Source: an uncultured Pseudomonadota bacterium
Lineage (GTDB): Bacteria > Myxococcota_A > Polyangia > Fen-1088
NCBI GenBank assembly: GCA_963723305.1
Contig: CAVRRT010000088.1
Location: 19,514-83,513 of the forward strand
Length of the DNA stretch: 64,000 nt
Direction: 5' to 3'
Below, one piece after another: positions 49,037 through 58,214 of this stretch. The position numbers and the translations under genes were made by a program. How positions within the stretch are numbered: position 1 is the stretch's first letter; every line of letters begins with the position of its first letter. A model generated the notes under the pieces. That model searched no databases, was not told where the DNA came from, and saw nothing but the letters and a program-made list of their open reading frames with translations.

Positions 49037-51581
49037 TCAGTATTTGGACGAATCGTCCAATGGCTGACGGCGCGACCGCGCGGCGGCCCCGGCGATCGAC
49101 GGCACGAACAGCAGCGCCGCGAGGAGGCAGCTCACCTCACCGAGGTCGGCCAGCTTTCCGAACGAGCGGAGCGCCCCGTTCGAGGCCATGAACAGCGAGC
49201 TGTAGCCGATGATGGTCGTCGTCGAGCAGAGGGCCACCGCGCTCCCCGTTTCGGCCAGGGCGCGCGTGCGGTGCGCCGCCGGCTCCGCGCCCAGGCGGGC
49301 GCAGATGTTCACCGCGTAATCGACGCCGATCCCGAGCGTGATCGGAAGCGCCACGAAGTTGAGGAAGTTGAGCCTCAACCCCAGCGCCGCGCCGGCGCCC
49401 CCCATCCAGAGCATGCCGGCCAACAGCGAGCCGAGCACCAGCGCGACGCTGCGGAGCTCCCTGAAAAGAATGACCACCAGGAACACCACGCCGGCGAAGG
49501 CGACCTCCGTCGCCAGCGGCCCGTCGTGTGAGATCGAACGGAGCATCGCCGCGAATATCGAGGAATTACCCGCCGCGCTGACCAGCTCTCCGCGCGGCAG
49601 CCGAACATCCTGGAACGTGTCGGACATCCGGATCAGGGAATGGCCGTCCCAGTTGGCCCAGACGCGAACCGGGTAGATGAGCGCCACTCGCCCCAGCGTG
49701 CCGTCGACCTCCCGGAAGCGGCGCGCGATCGGCTCGGGGAGATCCTGGATGGTCGAGCCGCCGCAGATCGTCGGGCGGGGCCCAGGCGTCCATCTCCTTC
49801 CTCTGCTCGGGATCGAGCAGCTCGAAGGCCGGATCGCGGAGCTGCCGGCGCAGGTCGGCGATCACCGCCAGCTTGGCCTCCTGGTCCTTCGGCAGCGCCT
49901 CGTGCGCGGTGGAGACCGCCGAGAGCAGCCCGCTCGTCGGCTCGCCGGCCGCCAGCCGGCGTTGGCAGATTTCGCGCAGCTCGCCCGGATCGGACGCCCG
50001 CGGATCCTTGGCGTCGGTGAGACCGGCGGCGCAGTCCTTGACGAGCAGGGCGTCCCGAAAGGCGGCCGCGTCGTCCGCCCGCGGGAGCAGCGCCACCCCC
50101 ACCGGGGAGAGATCCTGCGGGAAGATCCGACCCACCCGCACGTAGAGATCGCCGGCGCCATGCTGGCGGCTCTGCTGGTTCCGGAGCTTCGAGAAATCGT
50201 ACTCGAAGGGCCGCTTCAGGACGGGGGCGATGGCCCAGGCCGCCAGCAGCGTGATCGCGCCGACGGCCAGGAGCAACGCGCGCGGGTGGTCGATGATCGC
50301 CGTGGCGATCCGAATCCGCACCTTGGGCGGCGACGGCTGCCGACCCGGCGACCGGCGAATTCTCTCCCACAGGCAGATGAGGGCGGGACAGTAGCTGTAG
50401 GTGAAGAGCCAGCAGAGGATCATCCCCACCCCACCGACCTCGCCGAACTGCTGAAAGCCGCGGAACTTGGTCAGCGCCAGGCTTCCGTAGGCGATGGCGG
50501 CCGCCAGCGCCGCCGTCAGCGTCGGCTTGGCCGTCGTGCGCAGCGCGATCGCCAGCGCGTCTTCTACGCTCGCTTCCGGAAGGCGCGTCCGCTGCTCCCG
50601 ATAGCGGGCCAGCAGGATGATGCCGAAGTTGATCCCGTTGCCGAGGATGATCGACCCGAGGAACGCCGTGTTGGTGTTCAGGTACCCGATCGTCAGCGCG
50701 GCGATGGCGAACGCGCTGGCCACGCCGAGCAGCGTGGGAAAGAAGATGTAGGTCAGCGAGACCACGCTCCGGTAGTAGAGCGAGATGATCAGCAAGACGG
50801 CCACCGAGCAGACCAGGGAGACCCACTCGATGTCGGACTTGAGCGCGTCGTGCTCCTCGATGGCGGTCTCGACGTCGCCGGTGATCTGCGCGCGCACCGG
50901 GCCGAACCGGGCGGGGTTGGTGGCGGCGATCACCCTCTCGACGTCGTCACGGATCTGGAAGCCCGAAAGGTCACCCGTCCCCGACGACTTGGTCCAGGTG
51001 ACGATGGCGAGCAGCGAACGGTCGGCGTTCTCGTAGTAGCCGCTGGGGAACGGCGCCGGGCCGTGCCGGCGCTCGATGCTCCGCTTGAGGCGTCTGAGAT
51101 CGACCGCCGGATCGTCCTTCTCCTCGCCCAGATCGTCGTCGGCGAACGGGATGAACGCCGGATTCTTCTTGGAGACGATCAGCTTCTTCAGATCGTCGTC
51201 GGACCGCCGGAGATCGCCCAGGTCGGCGTAGAGGATCTTGTTGTGCTCGTAGAACGATCGGGTGGCATCCGGCCGGTAGTCGATGGCGCCCAGGTCCCGC
51301 CCGACGAGCGGCTGCAGGTTCGCCGCCAGCGCGTCGGCGAACCGTTCGTTGGCGCCCGGGTCGGGCCCCTCCACCGCGACCACCAGCGTCGCGCGGGGGC
51401 CCACCCGGTCGCCGATCTGCTGCAAGAGCTTGAGCTCGGGATCCTCCAGCGGCAGAAGCTCGCGAAAGTCCGACCGCAGCCGCAGCCGGCCGGCCGTCGA
51501 GAGCGCGAGCACGAAGAGGACCAGCGCCGCGGCGCAGATCGCCAGGTCGTACCGGCTGAGGGCCTTGACGTACCGGTTCAT
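49037..51581 (-). CDS. MMPL/RND-family lipid transporter (frameshift near 49765)
   Basis: Two RND halves: LRSDFRELLP, IILGNGINFGIILLARY, FRGFQQFG; second half NFVALPITLGIGVDYAVN, TTTIIGYSSL in ORF 49037..49687. Confidence 0.92.
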
Positions 51582-53281
51582 GAGGGTGGGGGGCGCACAA
51601 TCCGCTCGTGCCGCTCCTGGCTCATTCGCGCGGGGGCGGCCGGTGGCGCGTAGAGCGCCAGGTCCCCCTGCGCGTGCAGCAACCTCCAGCCGCGCCCGGC
51701 CAGCAGCGTCCGAAAGTCGCCCGGCGCCGCCCAGGTGAGCAGGTAGTCGTACGACGCCCCGAGCGCCGCGATGCGCGCCTCGGCCGCCAGGCGAACGTCG
51801 TCGCAGGAGAGCGAGGCCGAGAACCGCCGCACGGCGGTGCAGAGGCGCCCCTGGATGAGCGCGTACGGCTCATCCTCCGCGTCCGACGGAAAGGGAGATT
51901 CCACCAGATGGATGGGGAGCTCCCGGTAACGGTAGGGAAACCGCGTCTCGTGCCAGGCGAACGCGTACGGGGTCACCACGTCACGGGCCAGGCCGTAATA
52001 TCCCCAGGCGTGCAGGAAAGGCTTCACCAGGATCGAAGGTGAGCGGGGATCGAAGATCACCGGGTAGACGCGGCTCCCCTGGCGCACGTAGGGGATCCCC
52101 GACGAAAAGTCGTCGAGCGCGCGGCCGAGACGACCGAAGTCCCGGGCCAGGAGCGCGACGCCCCCCAGCCCCGAGACGAGCGCCAGCAGCGTCACGCGGC
52201 GGCGCGCAGGGGGCGAGAGCGCGACGCCGCCGTAACAGAGCAGGGAGAAGACCAACAGCGGCCGCAGCCGCGGCGTGAGGTCGGAGCCGAGGACGATGTG
52301 CGGAAGCGCGAAGTAGAGAAGCGCCAGGATCGCGGCGGCGTGAAGCGGCCACCGCGCCGCCGCCGGTGTCGCCGCGGCCCGGCGCGCGGCGAGCGGCAGC
52401 GCGATGAGCGCGCAGAGCGGCGGCCCCAACGCCGCGAGATCGATGAGGTGGTAGCGCATGGCGAACTCGACGAAGAACGCGCCGATCGCCGAGGGAAAGT
52501 CGTACGTCTCCCAGCCCGAGACGGTGGGATCGAGCGCCACGCGCGAGACGAGTATCCCCCGCCCCTGCGCGGCCCAGAGGATCAGGGACGGCAGGAGCGC
52601 CAGCGCGGTACGACCGGCGCCGGCCAGCCGCGCCGCTGGATTTGTGCGCGATCCGTCGGCCGGGAAGACGATTCGGATCGCGGTGAGCAGCAGAAGGACG
52701 GCAAAGGTAACGGTGTGCGCGAGGAAGACCACCAGGGCCGAGGCGGCCAGCGCCAGCGCCGCGGCGGGGCGCGGCCGCCCTCCGTCGCGCGCCACGATCC
52801 CCAGCCAGACCAGCGCCGGTGGTAGCGACAGCACGTAGTTGTAGAGCCCCTGGATGGCGAACCAGCTCCAGACCAGCGGCAGGAGGAGCAGCGCCAGCGG
52901 CGCGCTCGCCGGGGCGGCGGCGCGCAGGAAGAAGAGGCCGGCCAGCGGCAGCGCCAGCGCGTAGCCGGAGAGCACCAGCCGGTGCGCGAGGTCGATGGAG
53001 ATCCCACACCGGCCGAGCCCGAGCATGAGGAGGTGGAAGAGGACGTTCGTCTTCAGTCCCAGCGTCGAGGCGAAGGCCGCGGCCAGCGACGGGGAGGCCG
53101 TCCCGTTCGTCAGCGCGCGCAGCACCCCGACGGCATAGAGGTGATCCCCGGTGTCCTGACCGGGGAAGTAGCGAAACGCCCAGAGCGGGACCAGGTTGGC
53201 GGCCGCCACGACGGCGAAGACGGCCCACTCCCAGCGGGTGAGCGCCCCCGGTCGCGGCGATTCCTGAAGAGGGAGCGTCAT
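51578..53281 (-). CDS. Polytopic membrane protein, GT-C-like
   Basis: True start ATG 53281 (MTLPLQESP..), ATGA-coupled at both ends; first loop RYFPGQDTGDH after TM1; GLYNY; more than 10 TM helices and a soluble C-terminal domain. Confidence 0.7.
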   Translation of the reverse strand: MTLPLQESPRPGALTRWEWAVFAVVAAANLVPLWAFRYFPGQDTGDHLYAVGVLRALTNGTASPSLAAAFASTLGLKTNVLFHLLMLGLGRCGISIDLAHRLVLSGYALALPLAGLFFLRAAAPASAPLALLLLPLVWSWFAIQGLYNYVLSLPPALVWLGIVARDGGRPRPAAALALAASALVVFLAHTVTFAVLLLLTAIRIVFPADGSRTNPAARLAGAGRTALALLPSLILWAAQGRGILVSRVALDPTVSGWETYDFPSAIGAFFVEFAMRYHLIDLAALGPPLCALIALPLAARRAAATPAAARWPLHAAAILALLYFALPHIVLGSDLTPRLRPLLVFSLLCYGGVALSPPARRRVTLLALVSGLGGVALLARDFGRLGRALDDFSSGIPYVRQGSRVYPVIFDPRSPSILVKPFLHAWGYYGLARDVVTPYAFAWHETRFPYRYRELPIHLVESPFPSDAEDEPYALIQGRLCTAVRRFSASLSCDDVRLAAEARIAALGASYDYLLTWAAPGDFRTLLAGRGWRLLHAQGDLALYAPPAAPARMSQERHERIVRPPPS

Positions 53282-54873
53282 CGCCTGGCGAAGACCCGCG
53301 TTCCAGCGATGTCGCCGATGGGTGAATAGTTGCGGTCGACGATCGACTGCAGCCGCGGGAACCGAGAGAGCGGAAATTTTCCGTACGCGCCGAGGTTTCC
53401 GGGAGAGGTGTCGACGAACAGCTGCGGCAGACGGTCCTCGAGATCGGTGACGAACATCTCCCAGCTCTCGCCGACGACGTTGGCCGAGGCGTCGGCTTGG
53501 GGATCGGACTGGGTCCGTGTGGCGGGCGAGAGGCCGGTCAAGTAGTTGGAGAAGACGAAGCGGCTTCCGAGCGGCCGGTCGGCCTCGAAGTAGAGAACCG
53601 GGACGTTTCCCCAGACCACCAGCCCGTCGCCCGGGGAGCTGTGCGTGCGGACAAAACCGGCGATGGCTCCGTAGTCCGGACCGGTGGCGCCGATCGCCTG
53701 CGCCGCTGGCGCGTGGAGGAGGCCGATGAGAAGAAAGAGCGCCGCCGGCACCGCCAGCGCCGCCAGGCCGAGGAGGCGCCGCGAACGCCAGAGGCGCGCC
53801 GCCTCGGGCGCCGCCAGCGCCGCCAGCGGCGCCGTCACCTGGTGAAAGTAGTGGCCGAAGAACCGTCCCCCGGCGGTGATGGCCAGCGCGCTCACCGCGC
53901 ACCAGGCGAGCATGAACGGCCCCACCGGATCTTCCCCCCGCCGGCGCCAGGCCCCGCGCGCGGCCCGCGCCCCCAGAACCCAGATGAAGAGGGCGGGAAG
54001 GACACCGTACGAGAGGCGCGGTATGGCACGCGGCGCGACCTCCGTGAGCCGCAGCCCCTGCCGGATGTAGGCAGCGTTGAACGAAAACCAGAAGAGAGCG
54101 GCGTCGAGCGCCCCCGCCCGCCTCATCGCCACCAGCGCGACCCCGAGCGGCGCGACGAACCCCAGCGCGACCGCTCCCCACCCGCCGAGGAGCTGCGCCG
54201 CGCGACGGCGATGCACGATCGCCAGATGGAGCGCGTAGAGCGGCAGGTGCACCGCCGCCTGGTACTTGTAGAGGACGGCGACGCCGACCAGGGCCCCGGC
54301 GGCGAGGAGATCGGCGGTGCGCACCTCGGCGAAGCCCCGCAGGTAGAACAGCACCGACGCCGTCAGCGGCAGCAGCATGTAGAGCTCGCAGTTCGCGGCC
54401 AGCGCGTCGAAGTCGAGCAGCGTGGTGGTGAAGACGATGAAGAGCAGCGCTGCCGCAAACGGGACGCCGTCGGACAGGCCGTCCGACACGCTGGGGCATG
54501 ATGAAGATGCAGAAGCTGGCGCCGCAGATGAACGCCATCCGCAGGCGTCGCCGGCCGCCCGGCGCGTCGTTCGCAAGGCGATCCGCCCCAGCAGGAGCGC
54601 CGTGGCCCACACGACGGCGATGGTGAGGAGGTGCAGGAGCAGCATTCCGCCCCGCGGTCCGGCCAGCGCCTGCGTCGCCGCGTACGTCAGGTAGATGAGC
54701 GGTGGCTTGTGATCGACGACGTCCCGGTAAAGGACGCGGCCGTGCAGCATCTCGCGCGCCACCACGCAGTAGGTCGCCTCGTCGTCGCTCAGACAGGGGC
54801 GCGCGAGCGAGACGATCCGCAGGCCCAAGCAGAGGGCCAGCAGCAGGAGCGCGAGCCGGGTCCGCCTGGTCAT
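53278..54873 (-). CDS. ArnT/PMT-like (GT-C) glycosyltransferase
   Basis: Start ATG 54873 (MTRRTRL..); DDEATY, LYRDVVDHKPP, ANCELYM, GGRFFGHYF. Confidence 0.85.
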   Translation of the reverse strand: MTRRTRLALLLLALCLGLRIVSLARPCLSDDEATYCVVAREMLHGRVLYRDVVDHKPPLIYLTYAATQALAGPRGGMLLLHLLTIAVVWATALLLGRIALRTTRRAAGDACGWRSSAAPASASSSCPSVSDGLSDGVPFAAALLFIVFTTTLLDFDALAANCELYMLLPLTASVLFYLRGFAEVRTADLLAAGALVGVAVLYKYQAAVHLPLYALHLAIVHRRRAAQLLGGWGAVALGFVAPLGVALVAMRRAGALDAALFWFSFNAAYIRQGLRLTEVAPRAIPRLSYGVLPALFIWVLGARAARGAWRRRGEDPVGPFMLAWCAVSALAITAGGRFFGHYFHQVTAPLAALAAPEAARLWRSRRLLGLAALAVPAALFLLIGLLHAPAAQAIGATGPDYGAIAGFVRTHSSPGDGLVVWGNVPVLYFEADRPLGSRFVFSNYLTGLSPATRTQSDPQADASANVVGESWEMFVTDLEDRLPQLFVDTSPGNLGAYGKFPLSRFPRLQSIVDRNYSPIGDIAGTRVFARR

Positions 54874-56060
54874 GCCGAGCGCGCTGACGGCAGTGGTTCG
54901 GTCGCGCCCCCGCGGAGCCGGGCGTAAAGGGCCAGCACCTGCCCGGTGATCTGCCGCCAGTCGAAGCGCGCCGCCGTTCGACGCCCGGCCTCCGCGCAGC
55001 GCCGCCGCGCCGCCGGGTCGACCAGCAGCTCGTTCGCCGCCTGGGCGAGCGCGCGCGACCCGGGATCGATGGAGACGTCGACCAGGCGCCCTTCGACGCC
55101 GTCCCGCATGACGTTGCGGAAGCCGGGCGTGTCGGCCGCGACGACCGCGCACCCCGCGGCCATCGCCTCGAGCACGATGATCCCGAAGGTGCCACCGACC
55201 GCCGGGCAGAGCAGCAGGTCTCCCGACGCGTAATAGCTGCTTCGCTCCCGGCCCGGGACGAACCCCACGAAGTGGGCGTCGGCGCGCAGGTCGACGGGGA
55301 CCATCGCCTCGTACCGCGGCCGCAGCGGACCGTCCCCCACCAAGATCAGCCGGGCGTCGGTCCCCATCCGGCGAACGCCGACCCAGGCGCGGATCACGCG
55401 GTCGACGCCGTTGCGCGGATCGAACCGACCGACGTGAAGGACGTTCAGGCGGCCGTCGTCGAGCTCGGGGCGGCGGCGGCCCGAAGAGAACGCCTCCAGG
55501 TCCACGCCGTTGGGGATGACGTGCCAGGGCGCCCTGAAATAGCGGCGGACGCCGGTGAGCGCGGTGTCGGAGACGCCGACCGCGGCGTGCAGCCAATCGA
55601 CGTAGCGTTGCAGCCGCCGCTTGAGCAGGGCGAGGAGCAGGCTGCGATCGAAAGCGCTGTGAAAGGTGCCGACGTTGACGGCCTCCGAGCTGCGCAGCGC
55701 GAGCAGCGGCAGCGTCGGCATCAGGGGAGAGTGGACGTGCACCACGTCGAACTGTTCCGCGCGGATCACCTCACGCATCCGCGCCGAAAGGCCGGCGCCG
55801 CTCGACATACGCGCGATGGAGCCACCCGAAAACAGGGGGACCGAGACCCCGATGCGGATGACCTCGTTGTCGTCGTCCGCGCGCCGCGCGCCCCGAGAAG
55901 CGAGCCCGCCGCCCAGCGAGGCCAGTCCATCTGTCACGAGGGGTGTCAAGATTCGAACGTCGTGACCAGCACGACGCGCCTCCCGCGCGAAGTTGTGGAC
56001 GTGCTCCTGGATGCCGCCCAGGGTCGGGTAGTAGTACTCGGTGACGATCCCTATGCGCAT
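54870..56060 (-). CDS. GT4 glycosyltransferase, PimA-like
   Basis: MRIGIVTEYYYPTLGGIQEHV, FDVVHVHSP, VGTFH, IPNGVD, FGIIVLEAMAAG. Confidence 0.9.
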   Translation of the reverse strand: MRIGIVTEYYYPTLGGIQEHVHNFAREARRAGHDVRILTPLVTDGLASLGGGLASRGARRADDDNEVIRIGVSVPLFSGGSIARMSSGAGLSARMREVIRAEQFDVVHVHSPLMPTLPLLALRSSEAVNVGTFHSAFDRSLLLALLKRRLQRYVDWLHAAVGVSDTALTGVRRYFRAPWHVIPNGVDLEAFSSGRRRPELDDGRLNVLHVGRFDPRNGVDRVIRAWVGVRRMGTDARLILVGDGPLRPRYEAMVPVDLRADAHFVGFVPGRERSSYYASGDLLLCPAVGGTFGIIVLEAMAAGCAVVAADTPGFRNVMRDGVEGRLVDVSIDPGSRALAQAANELLVDPAARRRCAEAGRRTAARFDWRQITGQVLALYARLRGGATEPLPSARSA

Positions 56061-56106
56061 CGGCCGCCGTCCCGCGTAAGAGGAAGTGGTGCCGACTCAG
56101 CCTTAG

Positions 56107-56122
56107 TGCAAGGTGAAGACCA
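56107..56122 (-). promoter_or_regulatory. Possible sigma54 (-24/-12) promoter of the GT4-led operon
   Basis: TGGTCTTCACCTTGCA: TGG-N10-GC with TTGCA, 46 nt upstream of ATG 56060. Confidence 0.4.
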
Positions 56123-56232
56123 CGCAGCAGGAGAAGATCGAGCTTCCAGCAAGCTCGATCGCGACGGCGAATCCGCACACCGGCCGTCGGCGCTGGCGGG
56201 AGCGGGAGGGCGCAGGCGGGAGCGGGACGGCG

Positions 56233-58165
56233 TTAGCGGGAGCGGGAGCGGGACGGATTGGGCGCGCGTCGCGGCGGCTGCGTCTCGGCCGGCATTCCGC
56301 GCGGAAACATGGGGATTGCGATGATGAACGTCGATCCGCTTCCCGGGCGGTTCTGGACACGAATGCGCCCGCCATGCGCCTCGATGTACTCCTTCGAAAT
56401 CACCAACCCCAGACCGACGCTCGCCCGCCGGCGCCCGTCGTTTCCCCAGCGGTGCCGATCGAAGATCTGTTCGGCCTCCCCAGGCGCGATTCCCGGACCG
56501 CTGTCGGAGATGGCGACCTCCACATCCTCGCCCACCTGCTTCACCGCCAGGTCGACCTCTCCGCCGTCCTCACTGATCTCCACCGCGTTGGCGACCACGT
56601 TGCTCACGGCCTGGACCATCCGGTGGCGGTCGACGAACGCGGTCAGCCCCTTCTTCTCGGTGATGGCGCGCAGCCGGACCGCGCGCGCCTCGGCCAGCGG
56701 ACGAAACAGAATCGGCCACCTCGCTCATGATCGAGTCGATCGACTCCATCACCCGGCCCAAAACCAGCGCGCCCGACTCGATGACGAACATGGCGCCGAG
56801 ATCGGCGAGCAGTCAATCGGCCAGCGTGGCCGCGCTTCGAATCTGAGTCGCCAGCGGACTTCCGTTCTGCCTGGCCAGCTCGGTGGCGATGAAGCCGATG
56901 GCGTTCAGCGAGTTGCGAAGGTCATGAGAGACCATCGAGAGCACTTCCTCTCGGGTGTGCTTGGCGTCGAGGGCCAGTCCGTAGAGACGCGCGTTCTCCA
57001 GGGCCAGCGCCAGCCGATCGGCCAAGGCCTCGACGCTGGGGACGTCCTCCGCCACGAAGCGCCTGCTCTCGTCGACGATGAGCAAGGAAAGAAGGCCCGC
57101 CGGTTTCCCCCGCACGAGCAGGGGGACCCGCAGCGCGGAGCGGACGCCCAGCTTCTGGAGGCCCTCGCTGTCGTCGGCGACCACGCTTCGCAGCTCGGGC
57201 GCGGCGAACGGAAGGGCCCGACCCGCGCCGGCGGTGGCCAGAGCCTGGCCGGCCAAACCCTCCCGCAGCTTGACCGCCGCGCGCTTCAGGCGGTCGCCGT
57301 CCAGCAGATCGACCAGGCAGACGTCGGCGATGCGGGGGACGATCAGCGAGGTCAGGCTGCGCAGGATCTCGTCGCGATCCAGGGACAGCGAGAGCTCCTC
57401 CCCGGCGTCCGCGATGAGGCTCATCGCCCGCTCGGCCCGTTTGCTCTCGGTCAGATCGCGGATCGAAAGGCTGGTCCGAAGCTGGCCCTGGCGATCGGTG
57501 AAGACCTCCGACGAGAGCTCGACCTCGATCCTGGTGCCGTCCCCGCGGACCATCCTGATCTCGCCCCGCGCCGCCCCCGACCGATCTCGTTTCTCGATCA
57601 GCGTGGCGACGCGCGGATCGGTCGGATCGCAGACGCCGGCGCGTCCCAGCCGGCAGATCTCCTGCTCCGTCCGCTGCAGCATGCGGCACGCTGCAGGGTT
57701 CGCCGCCAGCGTCTCGCCCGTGGGCGCGGTCAACAGAATGCCGTCAACACTGTGCTCGAACAGCGATCGGTACCGCGCCTCGCTCTCCAACAGAGCGTCG
57801 ACCGCCCTCCGTTGCGCGGAGATCTCTCGAAAATAGACGGTCACCCCCGACGCCGAGGGGTAGACCTTGTGCGCAAGCCAGCACTGCTTGCCCGGCGAGA
57901 GCATCTCGAACTCGATCGGCGACTTCCCCGCAGCGGCCCTCAGGTACTGCTTTGCGACCGGCGACCCCACGCCGTCGGGGTAAACGTCCCAGGCGACCTT
58001 CCCCAACATCTGGGCTCTGGGAACCCCGAAGTGGTCTTCAGCCGCGCGGTTGATGAAAGTGAACCGCCACTCCCTGTCGAAGGCGACGACTCCGTCGCTG
58101 ATCCGATCGAGAATCTCTTCCACCTGGCGATCGAGACCGCCCGATCCCAACGACAGCTCCACCAT
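56233..58165 (-). CDS. Cytoplasmic sensor histidine kinase PAS-PAS-GAF-like-HisKA-HATPase (frameshifts near 56820 and 56710)
   Basis: PAS (DREWRFTFINRAAE; ANPAACRML); H-box VSHDLRN; N-box NVVANA; DSGPGI; GLGLVIS. Confidence 0.9.
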
Positions 58166-58214
58166 CCCGCCCGGAGAGTAACTCCGCTTTGGGCGATTTG
58201 CGTAATTTCGATCG

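Noticed and set aside
51578-55596. ORF-track products 51578..55195 (1205 aa) and 53278..55596 (772 aa) as giant fusions
   Set aside because: Their N-terminal extensions are off-frame overlaps of upstream genes; the true starts are the ATGA-coupled ATGs at 53281 and 54873.
56190-56260. GCGGGA short repeats as a mobile-element end
   Set aside because: Low-complexity repeat at the kinase 3' end, with no transposase, terminal inverted repeats or target duplication.
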